Shown: positions 1 through 10,552, counted from the stretch's first letter. The stretch is DNA of 64,000 nt from Bacteroidia bacterium (GCA_965655465.1 CBFHGY010000003.1:12354-76353); one strand, 5' to 3'. The notes: a model not told the origin generated them from the sequence alone. Translations and numbers: made by a program.

Positions 1-3000
1 TCGGTGGTCATTACATGTTTCACCACGTACGTACCAATTCCTGAATAACTATGATCGATAGAATCTAGATTCGTATCCTTGCCATCGCCCAATTCCCAGA
101 AATGAGTAACCTTTTTACCTGGAACATTCCATGGTTTAGCGCTCACAAAATGGAAACTATTTCCGTCTAGACATTGGGTAGCAAAATCTGGAATAATGGA
201 TGCGTTTGGCTCTTCAAACACAACGACATTACGTTCTACAGAATCTTTACATCCATCGGTGGTTTCGGCAATTAAACGCACCCAATACGTACCTGCGGCT
301 GGAAATTGTTTATTCGGAATAATTTTGGCATACGCGTTTGTACCGTCTTGAAACAACCAGTTGCTTCTAGCCGTGAGTGTGGCATTTGAAGGCGCAGTGC
401 TCCAACATTCCAATTTGAAGAAGTGTTTATCATAACACTGCAATGAATCGGTTACTTTCATAACTGCCTTAGGCTCAGGAGCAACAAATACAGATGCATC
501 AATCGTATCGCGACACCCAACGGATGTAATTGTAACCAAAGAGAATACCTGTCTACCTGTATCCGTGAACGTATGATTTAATGTACCCTGATTATTATAG
601 GTTTTGCCTTCCACAATCCATTGATCGTCGAAACTTTCACCAAACAAGGTATTATCGCTAAATTCAAATGCATTATTTGCAAAACATTTTTCAATTATTC
701 GAGTTCCAATTGCCGCTGGAGCGATAGGATTTACCACGAATGTTGAATCAATGGTATCCCTACAACCATAATCTGTTAAGGTAATTAAACGAATTCCCAA
801 CTTACCAGAATCGCTGAATGTATATAAAATGCTGCTATCCGCACGTGCAGTGAAATTGGTATCTACACCTCCATCACTGAACGACCAATACGAAATGTAA
901 CGGCCTGTTGGTGATTCAGATGCATCCACAAAAACAGACGGGGCATTTTGACAATACACAGAAAAAGGCAATTCCATTTTAGCAATGGGATAAGGATGCA
1001 CCACAAGCATGGTATCGAGCGTATCGCGACATCCTTTTTGGGTTTCAACAATATAGCGCAAAACGTTTTCGCTAGCTGAATCGTATTTAATGTCGAAAGT
1101 AAACGAATCGCTATTAACGTATTCAAAAGTTAACTTTTTAATGGTTTCCCAACGCGAAGATTTCCAAACATCGTCTTTATAGGTGGATCCATCAGATAAT
1201 CTAAAGTAGTTCTCCTTATTACATTGAACCACTGAATCACCGGTAATTCCGGCAAAAACGAGATTTGCACGCATCACATAACTCGAATCAACAGCGGCAC
1301 AAGCTGTGGCAGTATCGATAACGCGCAACCACACTTTTTGATCACTCGTTACTTTAAAAGTAGATTTAGACGATGAGTCCTGCCACTTATACAGATATTT
1401 AATCGAAACAGGTGCTTCCATAACAACATCCAAAGTATTAGCACATTGGATGGTTGTATCTGGAAAATCAAAAATTGGACCCGGCAATACGTTGATGATT
1501 TTACTTCGGTAAATGGTATCCACTTTATTGCAATTATTAAGTACTACGGACTTCATAATTACATAATAGGTACCGACTTTTTCAAATTCATGAACTACGG
1601 TATCTCCATCCATTTCCGCTGTTCCATCACCAAAGTTCCAACGAATACCCGTAACATTCTTATTGGTATATTCAGCCGTTAATGTAACCGGTTCGCTCGG
1701 ACATTTCCCTTTACGAGCAATTTTAAAATCGTATTCCACACTTTCGAATAGTGCCCCAGCGGAATAGGAATAACTTTCATACGGTCCGGTGCCATAGGCA
1801 ACTACAATACAACCGCTATCACATTCTATAATATTGGAACTTGGATTTTGAACGGATACTTGCGCATAAGCATAATTACCACAGCTAACGGTTTTGAATA
1901 TGTTCTTATTCAAGAAATTACCATTTAATTTTACCGCATGAGTGGCGTTTTTATCTACCAGAATGTTTACCCAATGACGCTGCATATTGCTCGTTGTAGC
2001 AGTTCCTACGATTGTCTTCAATAAACGTTGATTTACATCTGGCGAAATAAAAATTGCCGCGTCGCCATCTTGGCTCCCACTCCACCCATTACAAGCCCCG
2101 TTTTTCATGTACTGTGCCACGTATGCCGGCTTACTCGTATTGACACAAGCGGGATTATTGCTGGTTTGTTCTAAGGATATCCAATCGCCTTTTTTAGGGA
2201 TCATGGTATAATTAGAACCGTTTATTTTTACATAAGTAGAATCATAAGCAGCTACAACCCGATATACAAAACCATTGTTTTGATTGGCATAAGGCATTAA
2301 CACGTAATCTTTCCCTAGAGCATTAATAGGCAAAACCTGCGTATACAAATGGTCTTTTCCACTAAATCCTGAACAGTTACCTCGAGGCACAAATGAACTT
2401 CGCGTACCCGCAAAAACATTGATTTTACCACATCCGTCAATTACCCGAATTCGTGTACCGGTTAAATCCCCATCCTTCGCACCACTGCCTGTCCAAGAAT
2501 ACGCGGCAGGATTGGTATTATTCGTGCCGTCAGATGTATTGGATTGAACTTGGTAAACTTGACCCTTTGCCAAAGTAATGGTGTAAGGCGTGCCGGCTGC
2601 TTTCCCACCTTTGGTCCGGAAAGCAGGTGTTATTTCTACTTTTACTCCATTATCCATGCCGACTACAGAAAATTCACTTTCTGTGTAGGCGCCACCGTTT
2701 CTCACATTTGGAGGAAAACTCGTAACAAAATATTCAGGTGCTGCTGGAATACTCTCATAAGGCAAAATGAATGTGCCGTCTGAACGATTCAACTCCAGAT
2801 TCATGCAATAAACATTTACAGGTGCATATGAAATTAAACGCAAGCCTTTTTTTGAATTTTGATCCGCTCCACTAAATTCTGATCCAATTGGATAGTAATA
2901 ATTATTATCTACGGCTATTCTATTTACTTTGTTTTTAGTAATGTTATAGGAAACTTTAGATCCCGTTAATCTGGGATTATCAATATCTACTTTGGTATCC

Positions 3001-3185
3001 ACATCCGATGTTACGAATATCAACAAGGTATCAGGAAATCCTCCGTTTCGAGTTTCCATTTCCAGAAATGACATATAAAACTCTTTCCCAGTTGAGCTGA
3101 TCTGACCCTCTAATGTTGAACATAATCCGACCAGGATTAATGTAAAAATGCCTTTAAAAAAGGACCTATAAAAATTGGTAATCAT
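1..3185 (-). CDS. Large secreted PKD-repeat surface protein. The 3' end lies beyond the window start. Start ATG at 3183-3185.
   Basis: My own translation of the minus strand from the ATG at 3185 gives an uninterrupted ORF to position 1. It is absent from the ORF track, presumably because no stop codon falls inside the window. It has an N-terminal signal-like peptide (MITNFYRSFFKGIFTLILVGLCSTLEGQ). It carries repeated PKD-type motifs (WxFGDG/WELGDG, TDxGCxDT/ETTDGCKDS). The C-terminal part, probably a T9SS domain, is outside the window. Confidence 0.6.
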   Translation of the reverse strand, partial: MITNFYRSFFKGIFTLILVGLCSTLEGQISSTGKEFYMSFLEMETRNGGFPDTLLIFVTSDVDTKVDIDNPRLTGSKVSYNITKNKVNRIAVDNNYYYPIGSEFSGADQNSKKGLRLISYAPVNVYCMNLELNRSDGTFILPYESIPAAPEYFVTSFPPNVRNGGAYTESEFSVVGMDNGVKVEITPAFRTKGGKAAGTPYTITLAKGQVYQVQSNTSDGTNNTNPAAYSWTGSGAKDGDLTGTRIRVIDGCGKINVFAGTRSSFVPRGNCSGFSGKDHLYTQVLPINALGKDYVLMPYANQNNGFVYRVVAAYDSTYVKINGSNYTMIPKKGDWISLEQTSNNPACVNTSKPAYVAQYMKNGACNGWSGSQDGDAAIFISPDVNQRLLKTIVGTATTSNMQRHWVNILVDKNATHAVKLNGNFLNKNIFKTVSCGNYAYAQVSVQNPSSNIIECDSGCIVVAYGTGPYESYSYSAGALFESVEYDFKIARKGKCPSEPVTLTAEYTNKNVTGIRWNFGDGTAEMDGDTVVHEFEKVGTYYVIMKSVVLNNCNKVDTIYRSKIINVLPGPIFDFPDTTIQCANTLDVVMEAPVSIKYLYKWQDSSSKSTFKVTSDQKVWLRVIDTATACAAVDSSYVMRANLVFAGITGDSVVQCNKENYFRLSDGSTYKDDVWKSSRWETIKKLTFEYVNSDSFTFDIKYDSASENVLRYIVETQKGCRDTLDTMLVVHPYPIAKMELPFSVYCQNAPSVFVDASESPTGRYISYWSFSDGGVDTNFTARADSSILYTFSDSGKLGIRLITLTDYGCRDTIDSTFVVNPIAPAAIGTRIIEKCFANNAFEFSDNTLFGESFDDQWIVEGKTYNNQGTLNHTFTDTGRQVFSLVTITSVGCRDTIDASVFVAPEPKAVMKVTDSLQCYDKHFFKLECWSTAPSNATLTARSNWLFQDGTNAYAKIIPNKQFPAAGTYWVRLIAETTDGCKDSVERNVVVFEEPNASIIPDFATQCLDGNSFHFVSAKPWNVPGKKVTHFWELGDGKDTNLDSIDHSYSGIGTYVVKHVMTT

Positions 3186-3296
3186 CTTGTCATTGTCGAT
3201 TTAAACACCTGTTTCTCCGTTCTTAACGAAATTTTACATTAATTGTTGTTTGTATGACAAGAAAAAAACGGATTTCGTTGCCTCGTTTTGGCACTG

Positions 3297-4502
3297 TTAA
3301 ACCGAAATCACCCCACTAAAAATCAGTTCATCTTCGGCATATAGGGCTAAAAACTGACCAGGCGTGACATTCTTCTGAACATCACTAAAAATTACTATCA
3401 CATCACCCTCTTCATTCTCTTCAATTTGACATGAAAAGGGCTTTTGTCGATACCTTATTTGGCACGTTAAATTTTTACTTTTAAGCGACAATTCTTTTTG
3501 ACTTGGACGTACCCAATGCGCATCTGCTTTTTTTATAAGTAACCCCCGATATTGCATCGCACCATGTTGCTCTCCTTGCCCAACATAAATAACATTATCC
3601 CGAACTGAGGTTTGCAAAACAAACAAAGGCAATACTTTACCGCCAATATTCAATCCACGTCTTTGTCCTCTCGTGTAATAATGTGCGCCCTTATGACTAC
3701 CTACTTTTATCCCCATATCTGGTTGTAGGTGCAGCCGCATCAAAGCGCCGTCTGCATTGATATTTTTTCCAACATACGATTCGTACTCTATTACCGCTAA
3801 ATTTTCCCTATCAATTTCAATAACGTCGCCTGTTTTAGGAGATAATTGTTGTTGTAAAAAATCAGGTAAACTAACTTTCCCAATGAAACACAATCCTTGA
3901 GAGTCTTTTTTATCCGCAGTGACCAAGTTCATTTTAGTAGCCAAAGCTCGGACTTCACTTTTTTGGAGCTCCCCAATTGGGAATAAGGCCTTTGCCAATT
4001 GCGAGGCATTTAATTGACATAAAAAATAGCTTTGATCTTTGTTCGGGTCTAATCCACGCAATAATTGATATTCCGTTTTTCCATCCGAATAGGTGACGGT
4101 TCCTTTGCGCACGTAATGACCCGTAGCTACAAAATCTGCACCTAATTTCAAGGCTTCCTTAAGAAACAAATCAAACTTAATTTCTCGGTTGCATAACACA
4201 TCTGGATTAGGGGTTCTTCCCTCCTCGTATTCTTTAAACATGTAATCTACAATCCGTTGCTTGTAAGCCACACTAAAATCTACCACTTGAAATGGGATTC
4301 CTAATTGCTCAGCAACCATCATTGCATCGCGACTGTCGTCGATCCACGGACATTCATCTTCAAGGGTTACACTGGCATCGTTCCAGTTGCGCATGAACAA
4401 TCCGATGACTTCGTACCCTTGCTCCAAGAGTATATATGCCGCTACCGAACTATCGACACCGCCACTCATACCTACGACTATTTTTTGCTTTGCTTTCGTC
4501 AT
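3297..4502 (-). CDS. mnmA: tRNA-specific 2-thiouridylase MnmA
   Basis: PP-loop motif SGGVDSS close to the N-terminus (KIVVGMSGGVDSSVAAYIL). The 401-aa length is typical. It is conserved along its whole length with the MnmA/TrmU family. Confidence 0.9.
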   Translation of the reverse strand: MTKAKQKIVVGMSGGVDSSVAAYILLEQGYEVIGLFMRNWNDASVTLEDECPWIDDSRDAMMVAEQLGIPFQVVDFSVAYKQRIVDYMFKEYEEGRTPNPDVLCNREIKFDLFLKEALKLGADFVATGHYVRKGTVTYSDGKTEYQLLRGLDPNKDQSYFLCQLNASQLAKALFPIGELQKSEVRALATKMNLVTADKKDSQGLCFIGKVSLPDFLQQQLSPKTGDVIEIDRENLAVIEYESYVGKNINADGALMRLHLQPDMGIKVGSHKGAHYYTRGQRRGLNIGGKVLPLFVLQTSVRDNVIYVGQGEQHGAMQYRGLLIKKADAHWVRPSQKELSLKSKNLTCQIRYRQKPFSCQIEENEEGDVIVIFSDVQKNVTPGQFLALYAEDELIFSGVISV

Positions 4503-6514
4503 ATTTTACCCATCCATTTTCTGATGAACCATTCTCCGGTTAATAAGCCGATGAGCAAAAGCAAGAATAACCCAATGCGCTCAAACGGCAAAAATCGTTG
4601 CATAGTTTGAATAATGCCCGTATCTAGTTTTAATGCATGTATTTGGGAAATCCATTCACGGCGTTTACCGCGAAAATCGCCAAAACATGCCCCTGATTTT
4701 TTTGCAATATTCGCTAAAAAATCATGATTCGCCTGGCTTTGCAAATCTTCCAAATATTGTGCCTCAACTTGCAAAATGCCCGTACCTTGTGGAATTCCAT
4801 TTTCACCCTCAAGATGAACGGAAATAATTCCATTTTGCTCCGCTTTAATATAACTTACAAATTCCTTATTCTCTATAAACAAGGGCAATGGTATTTTCTT
4901 GCCATTATTATCTGTTAAAATAGCCTCCATGCCTGGAGGAATTTGTTTTTCTCCAGATTCATCATAGTAAATCCACTTTACTTTCTGTTTTTCACCTAAT
5001 GTAAGATTGCTTTCAGGAGCAATAAAATTCCAACCTTTACGCACAGTACTAGATCGAAGTAACCACTGTATATTTCTTCCTACCCAAGCATCAAAAAATG
5101 GCGCAAGACCCTCTTGTTTCGATTCATTCATGCGCCAACGCCATATACCCGCACCTAAAAACACATGCTCAGGATGTTCCTTGTTGCGTGAAAGCATTAG
5201 GGGCACCTCCGTTTTTTCCCCATTCCAAAACTGATACATTTGAACTTGCTCAGCAGGAGCTTTTAAGGTCATATAGGGCGTTTCTACCCGATTCCAAGTT
5301 GGTGCAATCTCCGGTTGCTTAGGCAATTCAAATGATTGAAATTGTTCGTTGATAAAGGGAGTCGACTCTTGAAATCCATTCAACCCCCTTCGCATTAGCG
5401 CGGATTCTTCCGCATCACTTACCGCAGCCAAGGAAACCGGATTAAATGCGAACCACCAAATCGGCTTTTTAGATTTTACTACCAGCTCTCGAACCAAAGG
5501 ACGCGTTATTCCGTGCAGCACATATGCATCTGCATCTGATTTCAGCGTTTGATATTCTGGATATGCGCGCACACTATAAGCCTCTTTATTCAAGATGGCT
5601 AATTGTAGGGCTTTAATGTCAGGGTGTGGACCTCCGTAAACTATATCAATGATCTTACGCGAGTCTAGGACTTTAATAACCGCTGACTTTGAATTATTTT
5701 GAACATTCCGCTCCCCACTTAAGGGTTCAAGTTGTAACGTAACTTTGATATAATTTCCCTTCGATTTTGACGCCGCTAAAGACACGTTCCATCTTTTTTG
5801 AGCGCGATCGGATTCGGGTATCCAAATTTCTTCTTGAACCTTTTCATCGTTCACCTTAAATATAATTTTCAGCGACTTATCTTTTGCTGAAACAGCTTCT
5901 AAATTCGCCTCTATTTCACTGGAATTACCTTGATAAACCTCTGGATTCGACAAGAGATCTTTTACACGTAAGTCGGCATATCTTCGAGTATCTCCAATAC
6001 CGAGTGTTGCGATTGGTCCCAAATCTGAATAGTCGAATGTTTCAGGCATTCGACCCTGGTTCACAATTCCATCGCTGCAAATAATTCGCAATTTGGTTTG
6101 CGCTTTATTTGCTTGCATATGTGCATATACAGGTTCGAAGCGTGTTGAATTTCCCCCGAGAAGTTGCACATTATCATAAGGTACCAGGTTCTCAGCAAAA
6201 GCAAAAAATCGAAATTGAACCTTGGGATTTGCTTGTTTTAAGGAATCCAAATAAACCCTAATTGCCGATTGATCGGTTTGGGTAGACTTGGAAACATCTA
6301 TATATACATCCCATTGAGGATCTTTGGTTTCGTACGTCGTAAATTGGATTTGTGGATCAAACAACCATAAAACCACCAAAAACAGGGATAAAGCCCGCAT
6401 GATCGCCGCGATTTTCCATGCAATGTGCTTGAAAAACAGATATCGATACGCCCACCAAGACAATCCGATGCCTAAAAGCGCCGAAATGAGCCAGGCATAA
6501 GCGGGTATTTGCAT
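4499..6514 (-). CDS. Large membrane-anchored protein of unknown function (671 aa) with two N-terminal TM helices. It may belong to the 'N-terminal double-transmembrane domain' family.
   Basis: The N-terminus has two hydrophobic helices (AYAWLISALLGIGLSWWAY and ALSLFLVVLWLF) followed by about 600 soluble residues. It overlaps the mnmA start by 4 nt (ATGA), which suggests an operon. Confidence 0.4.
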   Translation of the reverse strand: MQIPAYAWLISALLGIGLSWWAYRYLFFKHIAWKIAAIMRALSLFLVVLWLFDPQIQFTTYETKDPQWDVYIDVSKSTQTDQSAIRVYLDSLKQANPKVQFRFFAFAENLVPYDNVQLLGGNSTRFEPVYAHMQANKAQTKLRIICSDGIVNQGRMPETFDYSDLGPIATLGIGDTRRYADLRVKDLLSNPEVYQGNSSEIEANLEAVSAKDKSLKIIFKVNDEKVQEEIWIPESDRAQKRWNVSLAASKSKGNYIKVTLQLEPLSGERNVQNNSKSAVIKVLDSRKIIDIVYGGPHPDIKALQLAILNKEAYSVRAYPEYQTLKSDADAYVLHGITRPLVRELVVKSKKPIWWFAFNPVSLAAVSDAEESALMRRGLNGFQESTPFINEQFQSFELPKQPEIAPTWNRVETPYMTLKAPAEQVQMYQFWNGEKTEVPLMLSRNKEHPEHVFLGAGIWRWRMNESKQEGLAPFFDAWVGRNIQWLLRSSTVRKGWNFIAPESNLTLGEKQKVKWIYYDESGEKQIPPGMEAILTDNNGKKIPLPLFIENKEFVSYIKAEQNGIISVHLEGENGIPQGTGILQVEAQYLEDLQSQANHDFLANIAKKSGACFGDFRGKRREWISQIHALKLDTGIIQTMQRFLPFERIGLFLLLLIGLLTGEWFIRKWMGKI

Positions 6515-6527
6515 TAAACTGTTAAGA

Positions 6528-7214
6528 TTAGCGGTTTACTTGCAGCGTGTGTTGATCTACACCTGCAGCATGTTCTACCCGTAAGAAATAGGTCCCGTTT
6601 ACAAGAGAACCCATAGGCACATTCGTTTCATTCAAATTTTCAAGTGATTGCACCAAGACCCTACGGCCATCAATTGCAAAAATGCTCAATTTCTGAAGAT
6701 TTTTACCCGAAATATTCAAAACAGAGGCTGAATTCGGATTGGGGAAAACCCGTGTTTGCAAAGTATTTAACTCGGAGGTGTTCAAACCCCAACGAGCGTA
6801 AACTTTAAAGGTAAGCGTGTCAATGATATTGGCATTATTGGCATCCCAAATAGCATATTTCACGATAGCTGTATCCGCGCCTCCGCTTGGAAACACATCC
6901 AACTTCATATCGGTAGTATCGCCCGGTTTAATTGCGGCGTAGGTTCCCGTTAAAGGGAAATTAGGAAGACAATCGCGATTATCGCAAAACGAGATCGACC
7001 ACGCACTTGGAAAGTCTACTGAAATTTGCTCATATTGAATCACTACATCAGATTCGCTTTTATTGAAGAATTTAATTTTACACGATTTAAAACCATCCGG
7101 TAAATCTTCGTCAACAAAAAAAGTTTCTTCATTTCCGTGAACCAAGCCTACCGTTTGTGCTTGTGCAAATCCAAAAGCGCAAAAACCCATTAAAATCGCC
7201 TTAATTTTCTTCAT
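6528..7214 (-). CDS. Secreted protein with a T9SS (Por) C-terminal sorting domain. The likely start is MKKIKAIL at 7214, though the ORF extends to 7232.
   Basis: Signal peptide (MKKIKAILMGFCAFGFAQAQ). The C-terminus (VFPNPNSASVLNISGKNLQKLSIFAIDGRRV...GTYFLRVEHAAGVDQHTLQVNR) matches the Por_Secre_tail pattern. Confidence 0.6.
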   Translation of the reverse strand: MKKIKAILMGFCAFGFAQAQTVGLVHGNEETFFVDEDLPDGFKSCKIKFFNKSESDVVIQYEQISVDFPSAWSISFCDNRDCLPNFPLTGTYAAIKPGDTTDMKLDVFPSGGADTAIVKYAIWDANNANIIDTLTFKVYARWGLNTSELNTLQTRVFPNPNSASVLNISGKNLQKLSIFAIDGRRVLVQSLENLNETNVPMGSLVNGTYFLRVEHAAGVDQHTLQVNR

Positions 7215-7246
7215 AATTACAAAAATAACCAATTAATAGCAGAAAT

Positions 7247-7984
7247 TCACGGCAGGGATTGACACCATTGAGTCAAAGAATCTACCTCACCACCAAAAAG
7301 TGGATTGGCTTCAAGAGCCGGATCTAAAGTAATTTCTTGATATCGAAACCGGTAAGTTAGGATTCCTGCGTTAATACCGCCCCATACATCGGTCTGCACA
7401 TTGTCTCCGATATACAGACATTCATCTGCTGCGACATCGGCAAATTCCCGAGCGGCATCGAAGAATGCCTTTGCGGGTTTAGCTGTTCCAAAAGCTTCCG
7501 AACTTTGTACATAATCGACATAGCGATTTAGCCCAGATTCTTGCAATTTTATTTTCTGAGTTTCCTCAAATCCATTGGTTAAAATTCCAATTTTAACGTG
7601 CTGCTTGAAAAACGCAAGGCATTCTTTTGCATGGGGAATTAAAACGGTCATGCGCGGACAAATGTCTAAGTATTCATCCCATACATCGGTAGGATACAAT
7701 GCAGGTGGAAGCCCCATTAAAGAAAAGGTATCTGTAAAGCGAGCCGATCGCAACACGTCTTTACTGACTTCGCCTTTCTCATATCTTTTCCAGTAAGCGG
7801 CATTTACATCTTGATACAAGGCAATAAATTGATCGACCTGATAACCGGTATGCAGAGCTAATTGATGCCTTTCGAAGAGCACTATAAGTGCTTCTCTGGC
7901 GTTAGCATCGAAATCCCAAAGGGTATTATCGAGATCTAAAAACACCCACTTAAGCGTTTTTTTCGAAAGGGGGTGTTTTAACAT
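7247..7984 (-). CDS. HAD-IA family hydrolase, YjjG-like noncanonical pyrimidine 5'-nucleotidase
   Basis: HAD motif I (FLDLDNTLWDF). HAD motifs III/IV (YIGDNVQTDVWGGINAGI). The start overlaps the adk stop by 1 nt. Confidence 0.7.
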   Translation of the reverse strand: MLKHPLSKKTLKWVFLDLDNTLWDFDANAREALIVLFERHQLALHTGYQVDQFIALYQDVNAAYWKRYEKGEVSKDVLRSARFTDTFSLMGLPPALYPTDVWDEYLDICPRMTVLIPHAKECLAFFKQHVKIGILTNGFEETQKIKLQESGLNRYVDYVQSSEAFGTAKPAKAFFDAAREFADVAADECLYIGDNVQTDVWGGINAGILTYRFRYQEITLDPALEANPLFGGEVDSLTQWCQSLP

Positions 7985-8556
7985 TATAATGCGTTAATTT
8001 CGGTGCAAAGCGATTGGAAGATATCTTCAATTTCTCCCATACCAGCAACTCCTTTATAGGTTCCCGCCTTTTGATAATAATCTTGAAGCGGCAAGGTTTT
8101 ATTTTGATATTCTTGAAAACGATTTCGGATGGTATTTTCATCTTGATCATCAACGCGGCCACTGCTTTGTCCTCTTAGTAACAAGCGTTTCACCAATTCA
8201 TCTTCTTGTACTTCCAAACCTAAAACAATATGTATTTTCGTCTCAAATTCAGCGAGTAAATTATCTAAGGCTTGTGCCTGTGGAGTAGTTCTTGGGAATC
8301 CATCAAAAATAAACCCTTCTGCGTCAGCATGATCTTTCATAAAGTTACGCACCATTCCCACAACCACTTCATCGGGGACTAAGTCACCTTTGGAGATATA
8401 AGCATCTGCTTGCAAGCCCAATTCCGTACCGGCTTTACGTTCAGCACGCAACAAATCGCCAGTAGAAATATGCATGAGACCATAGGCACCAATTAATTTT
8501 TCGCTTTGTGTGCCTTTTCCTGCGCCAGGAGGGCCAAATAATATCAAATTTAACAT
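7984..8556 (-). CDS. adk: Adenylate kinase. The true start is the internal Met at 8556. The 238-aa track ORF carries a spurious N-terminal extension.
   Basis: P-loop GPPGAGKGTQ directly after MLNLILF. The length is about 190 aa from this Met. The LID/AMP-binding regions are conserved. Confidence 0.85.
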   Translation of the reverse strand: MLNLILFGPPGAGKGTQSEKLIGAYGLMHISTGDLLRAERKAGTELGLQADAYISKGDLVPDEVVVGMVRNFMKDHADAEGFIFDGFPRTTPQAQALDNLLAEFETKIHIVLGLEVQEDELVKRLLLRGQSSGRVDDQDENTIRNRFQEYQNKTLPLQDYYQKAGTYKGVAGMGEIEDIFQSLCTEINAL

Positions 8557-8722
8557 CGCTTGAATGTGATTGTTTAGGGTACAAAGAAAGGCATTATCCG
8601 CAATAAAGTCCAAACCCGCAAGGAAATGAGTTTTACCCGCATATTCGAAAAAATAAGTTGTAAATAGGGCTAAAATATGCGTAATTCGTAAATTAAACAA
8701 AAAACAACTCTATTTATTTAAC

Positions 8723-9712
8723 ATGAAAAAAATCCTACTAGCCTTAACAGCAGTGAGCTTAATGGCAACAATGAACAGTTGTGGTGATGACGAGCCAATT
8801 GATTCTGGTTCTGCCCCTTTGACGGTTGAACAAAAGCAACGTGCTTTAGTTTCCTATATAGGGCATTCTGCCGTTTATGGTGGTTCCGCGGCTGCAGAAG
8901 TAAACATCCCCATTTTTAACGATGTTGTTTCTTCTAGCAATACCAGTTCATTAGTTGGTTTAACGTATCAACCCATTATTGTTGATCAATCCTCTGGAAA
9001 TGCAATCATTCCTTTTTTACAACCCTTTTTCTATAAGGACAATAACGATACTCCATTTGTAAATCTTTTAAACAACGTATTGTTGTCTCACATGAATCCA
9101 CCAACAAGCGGATTCCCAACAAACTATTTTTACAGTGTAGGTTCAAACATGGGTTCTATGGCTACTAAAGATGATATCTTAAGCAATGCGAACTCTTATG
9201 TATCTAGCACTCCTGAAGTAGGTATTGCAGTTAAAGCCAATGCTTCTGGCAATAACATCAACGTAACCTACAAAGCAAAAGCATTTGCTCCCGAGGCTGG
9301 TGCAGAATATTATGTTTCTGTTTTAGTACTTGAAAAGAACGGAACCACCCGTCAAGCAGTAGGTGCTTCTGATTTTAGAGATCTTTCTATTAAGAATATT
9401 TTGAGAACCAGTGCAATTACAGCTAATTCATCAACTGGCCTTAAAACTCCAGTATTGGGACTTCCACAAAACGGATACACTGGTATCAATGCAACCTTTA
9501 ACGGTTCTGCAACTGCAAATACTGAAGTGGAGAAAGTAGTAACTGCAACCTATAAAGGGTTGACTACTCAGTGGGCAGATGTTTTTGGAACAAACTATTC
9601 TAACTGGAAATTCAGCGCAGGCAATACCGCGGTAGTTGCTATCGTTTGGAAATGGTATCCAAGCGAATCAAAAGCCTACTATTCAAACTGTGCTTTTGCA
9701 AACGTACAATAA
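8723..9712 (+). CDS. Hypothetical lipoprotein
   Basis: Signal peptide with lipobox (LMATMNSC). The mature protein is Ser/Thr/Asn-rich. No recognisable catalytic motif. Confidence 0.5.
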   Translation: MKKILLALTAVSLMATMNSCGDDEPIDSGSAPLTVEQKQRALVSYIGHSAVYGGSAAAEVNIPIFNDVVSSSNTSSLVGLTYQPIIVDQSSGNAIIPFLQPFFYKDNNDTPFVNLLNNVLLSHMNPPTSGFPTNYFYSVGSNMGSMATKDDILSNANSYVSSTPEVGIAVKANASGNNINVTYKAKAFAPEAGAEYYVSVLVLEKNGTTRQAVGASDFRDLSIKNILRTSAITANSSTGLKTPVLGLPQNGYTGINATFNGSATANTEVEKVVTATYKGLTTQWADVFGTNYSNWKFSAGNTAVVAIVWKWYPSESKAYYSNCAFANVQ

Positions 9713-9731
9713 TTCTAAAAATAATACTTCT

Positions 9732-9765
9732 AAAAAGGGCCGCTTGAAGCGGCCCTTTTTAATTT
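9732..9765. terminator. Bidirectional rho-independent terminator between convergent genes
   Basis: GGGCCGC-TTGAA-GCGGCCC stem-loop flanked by an A-run upstream and a T-run downstream (aaaaaGGGCCGCTTGAAGCGGCCCttttt). Confidence 0.8.
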
Positions 9766-9772
9766 TTCATAA

Positions 9773-10552
9773 TCACCGGTTCCTAAACTCTGGCTTGCGT
9801 TTCTCGATAAAAGCATTCATCCCCTCTTTTTGATCTTCCGTTGCAAACAGCATATAAAAATTCTTACGTTCAAAATACAGACCTTCCTGCAATCCGGTAT
9901 CAAACGCCTTTAACACGCTTTCTTTGGCCAACTGCACAGCAATAGGAGACTTTTCAGCTATCTTTTGCGCTAATTTAATGGCCTCGTCTAAATATAATTC
10001 TACGGGTACTACTTTGTTTATTAAACCCGCCTCTTTGGCCTCTTGTGCGGATATGAAATTTCCCGTCAACACCATTTCCATGGCACGGGCCTTGCCCACC
10101 GCACGCGTTAATCGTTGGGTACCTCCCGCTCCTGGCATAACACCGATATTGATTTCTGGCTGTCCGAACTGAGCCGTTTCACTCGCTACAATCATATCGC
10201 ATAACATCGTTAACTCGCAACCTCCACCAAGAGCAAAACCACTTACGGCAGCAATGATAGGCTTCTTGGTCCTCCGGATACTGTCCCAGGTACTAAATTG
10301 ATCAATCTGCAACATATCCACCGCGGTGCGGCCTGCCATTTGTTTGATATCAGCACCCGCAGCGAAAGCTCTATCATTTCCATGAATTACAATAGCCCGT
10401 ATGGAATCGTCTGCGTCAAAGGTTTCTAAGGCGTGTCGGATTTCCCCCATTAATTGCAAATTCAATGCATTTAATTCCTTGGGTCTATTGAGTTGTATGG
10501 TAGCTACAAAAGGTACTATTTGTGGATTTACTAAAATGAATTCGTACGACAT
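9773..10552 (-). CDS. Enoyl-CoA hydratase/isomerase (crotonase family)
   Basis: The crotonase fold signature is conserved (HGNDRAFAAGADIKQM, GGGCELTMLCDMIVA). 259 aa. Confidence 0.8.
   Translation of the reverse strand: MSYEFILVNPQIVPFVATIQLNRPKELNALNLQLMGEIRHALETFDADDSIRAIVIHGNDRAFAAGADIKQMAGRTAVDMLQIDQFSTWDSIRRTKKPIIAAVSGFALGGGCELTMLCDMIVASETAQFGQPEINIGVMPGAGGTQRLTRAVGKARAMEMVLTGNFISAQEAKEAGLINKVVPVELYLDEAIKLAQKIAEKSPIAVQLAKESVLKAFDTGLQEGLYFERKNFYMLFATEDQKEGMNAFIEKRKPEFRNR

Noticed and set aside
4305-4610. Multiple short plus-strand ORFs antisense to mnmA and the 671-aa gene (4305..4610, 4633..4827, 4724..4918, 5007..5322, 5884..6084).
   Set aside because: They are shadow ORFs within well-supported long genes on the opposite strand, with no motifs.
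7984-8700. 238-aa ORF as the full adenylate kinase.
   Set aside because: The first 48 residues are hydrophobic junk with no homology to Adk. The P-loop begins right after the internal Met (MLNLILFGPPGAGKG), so the start was set at 8556.
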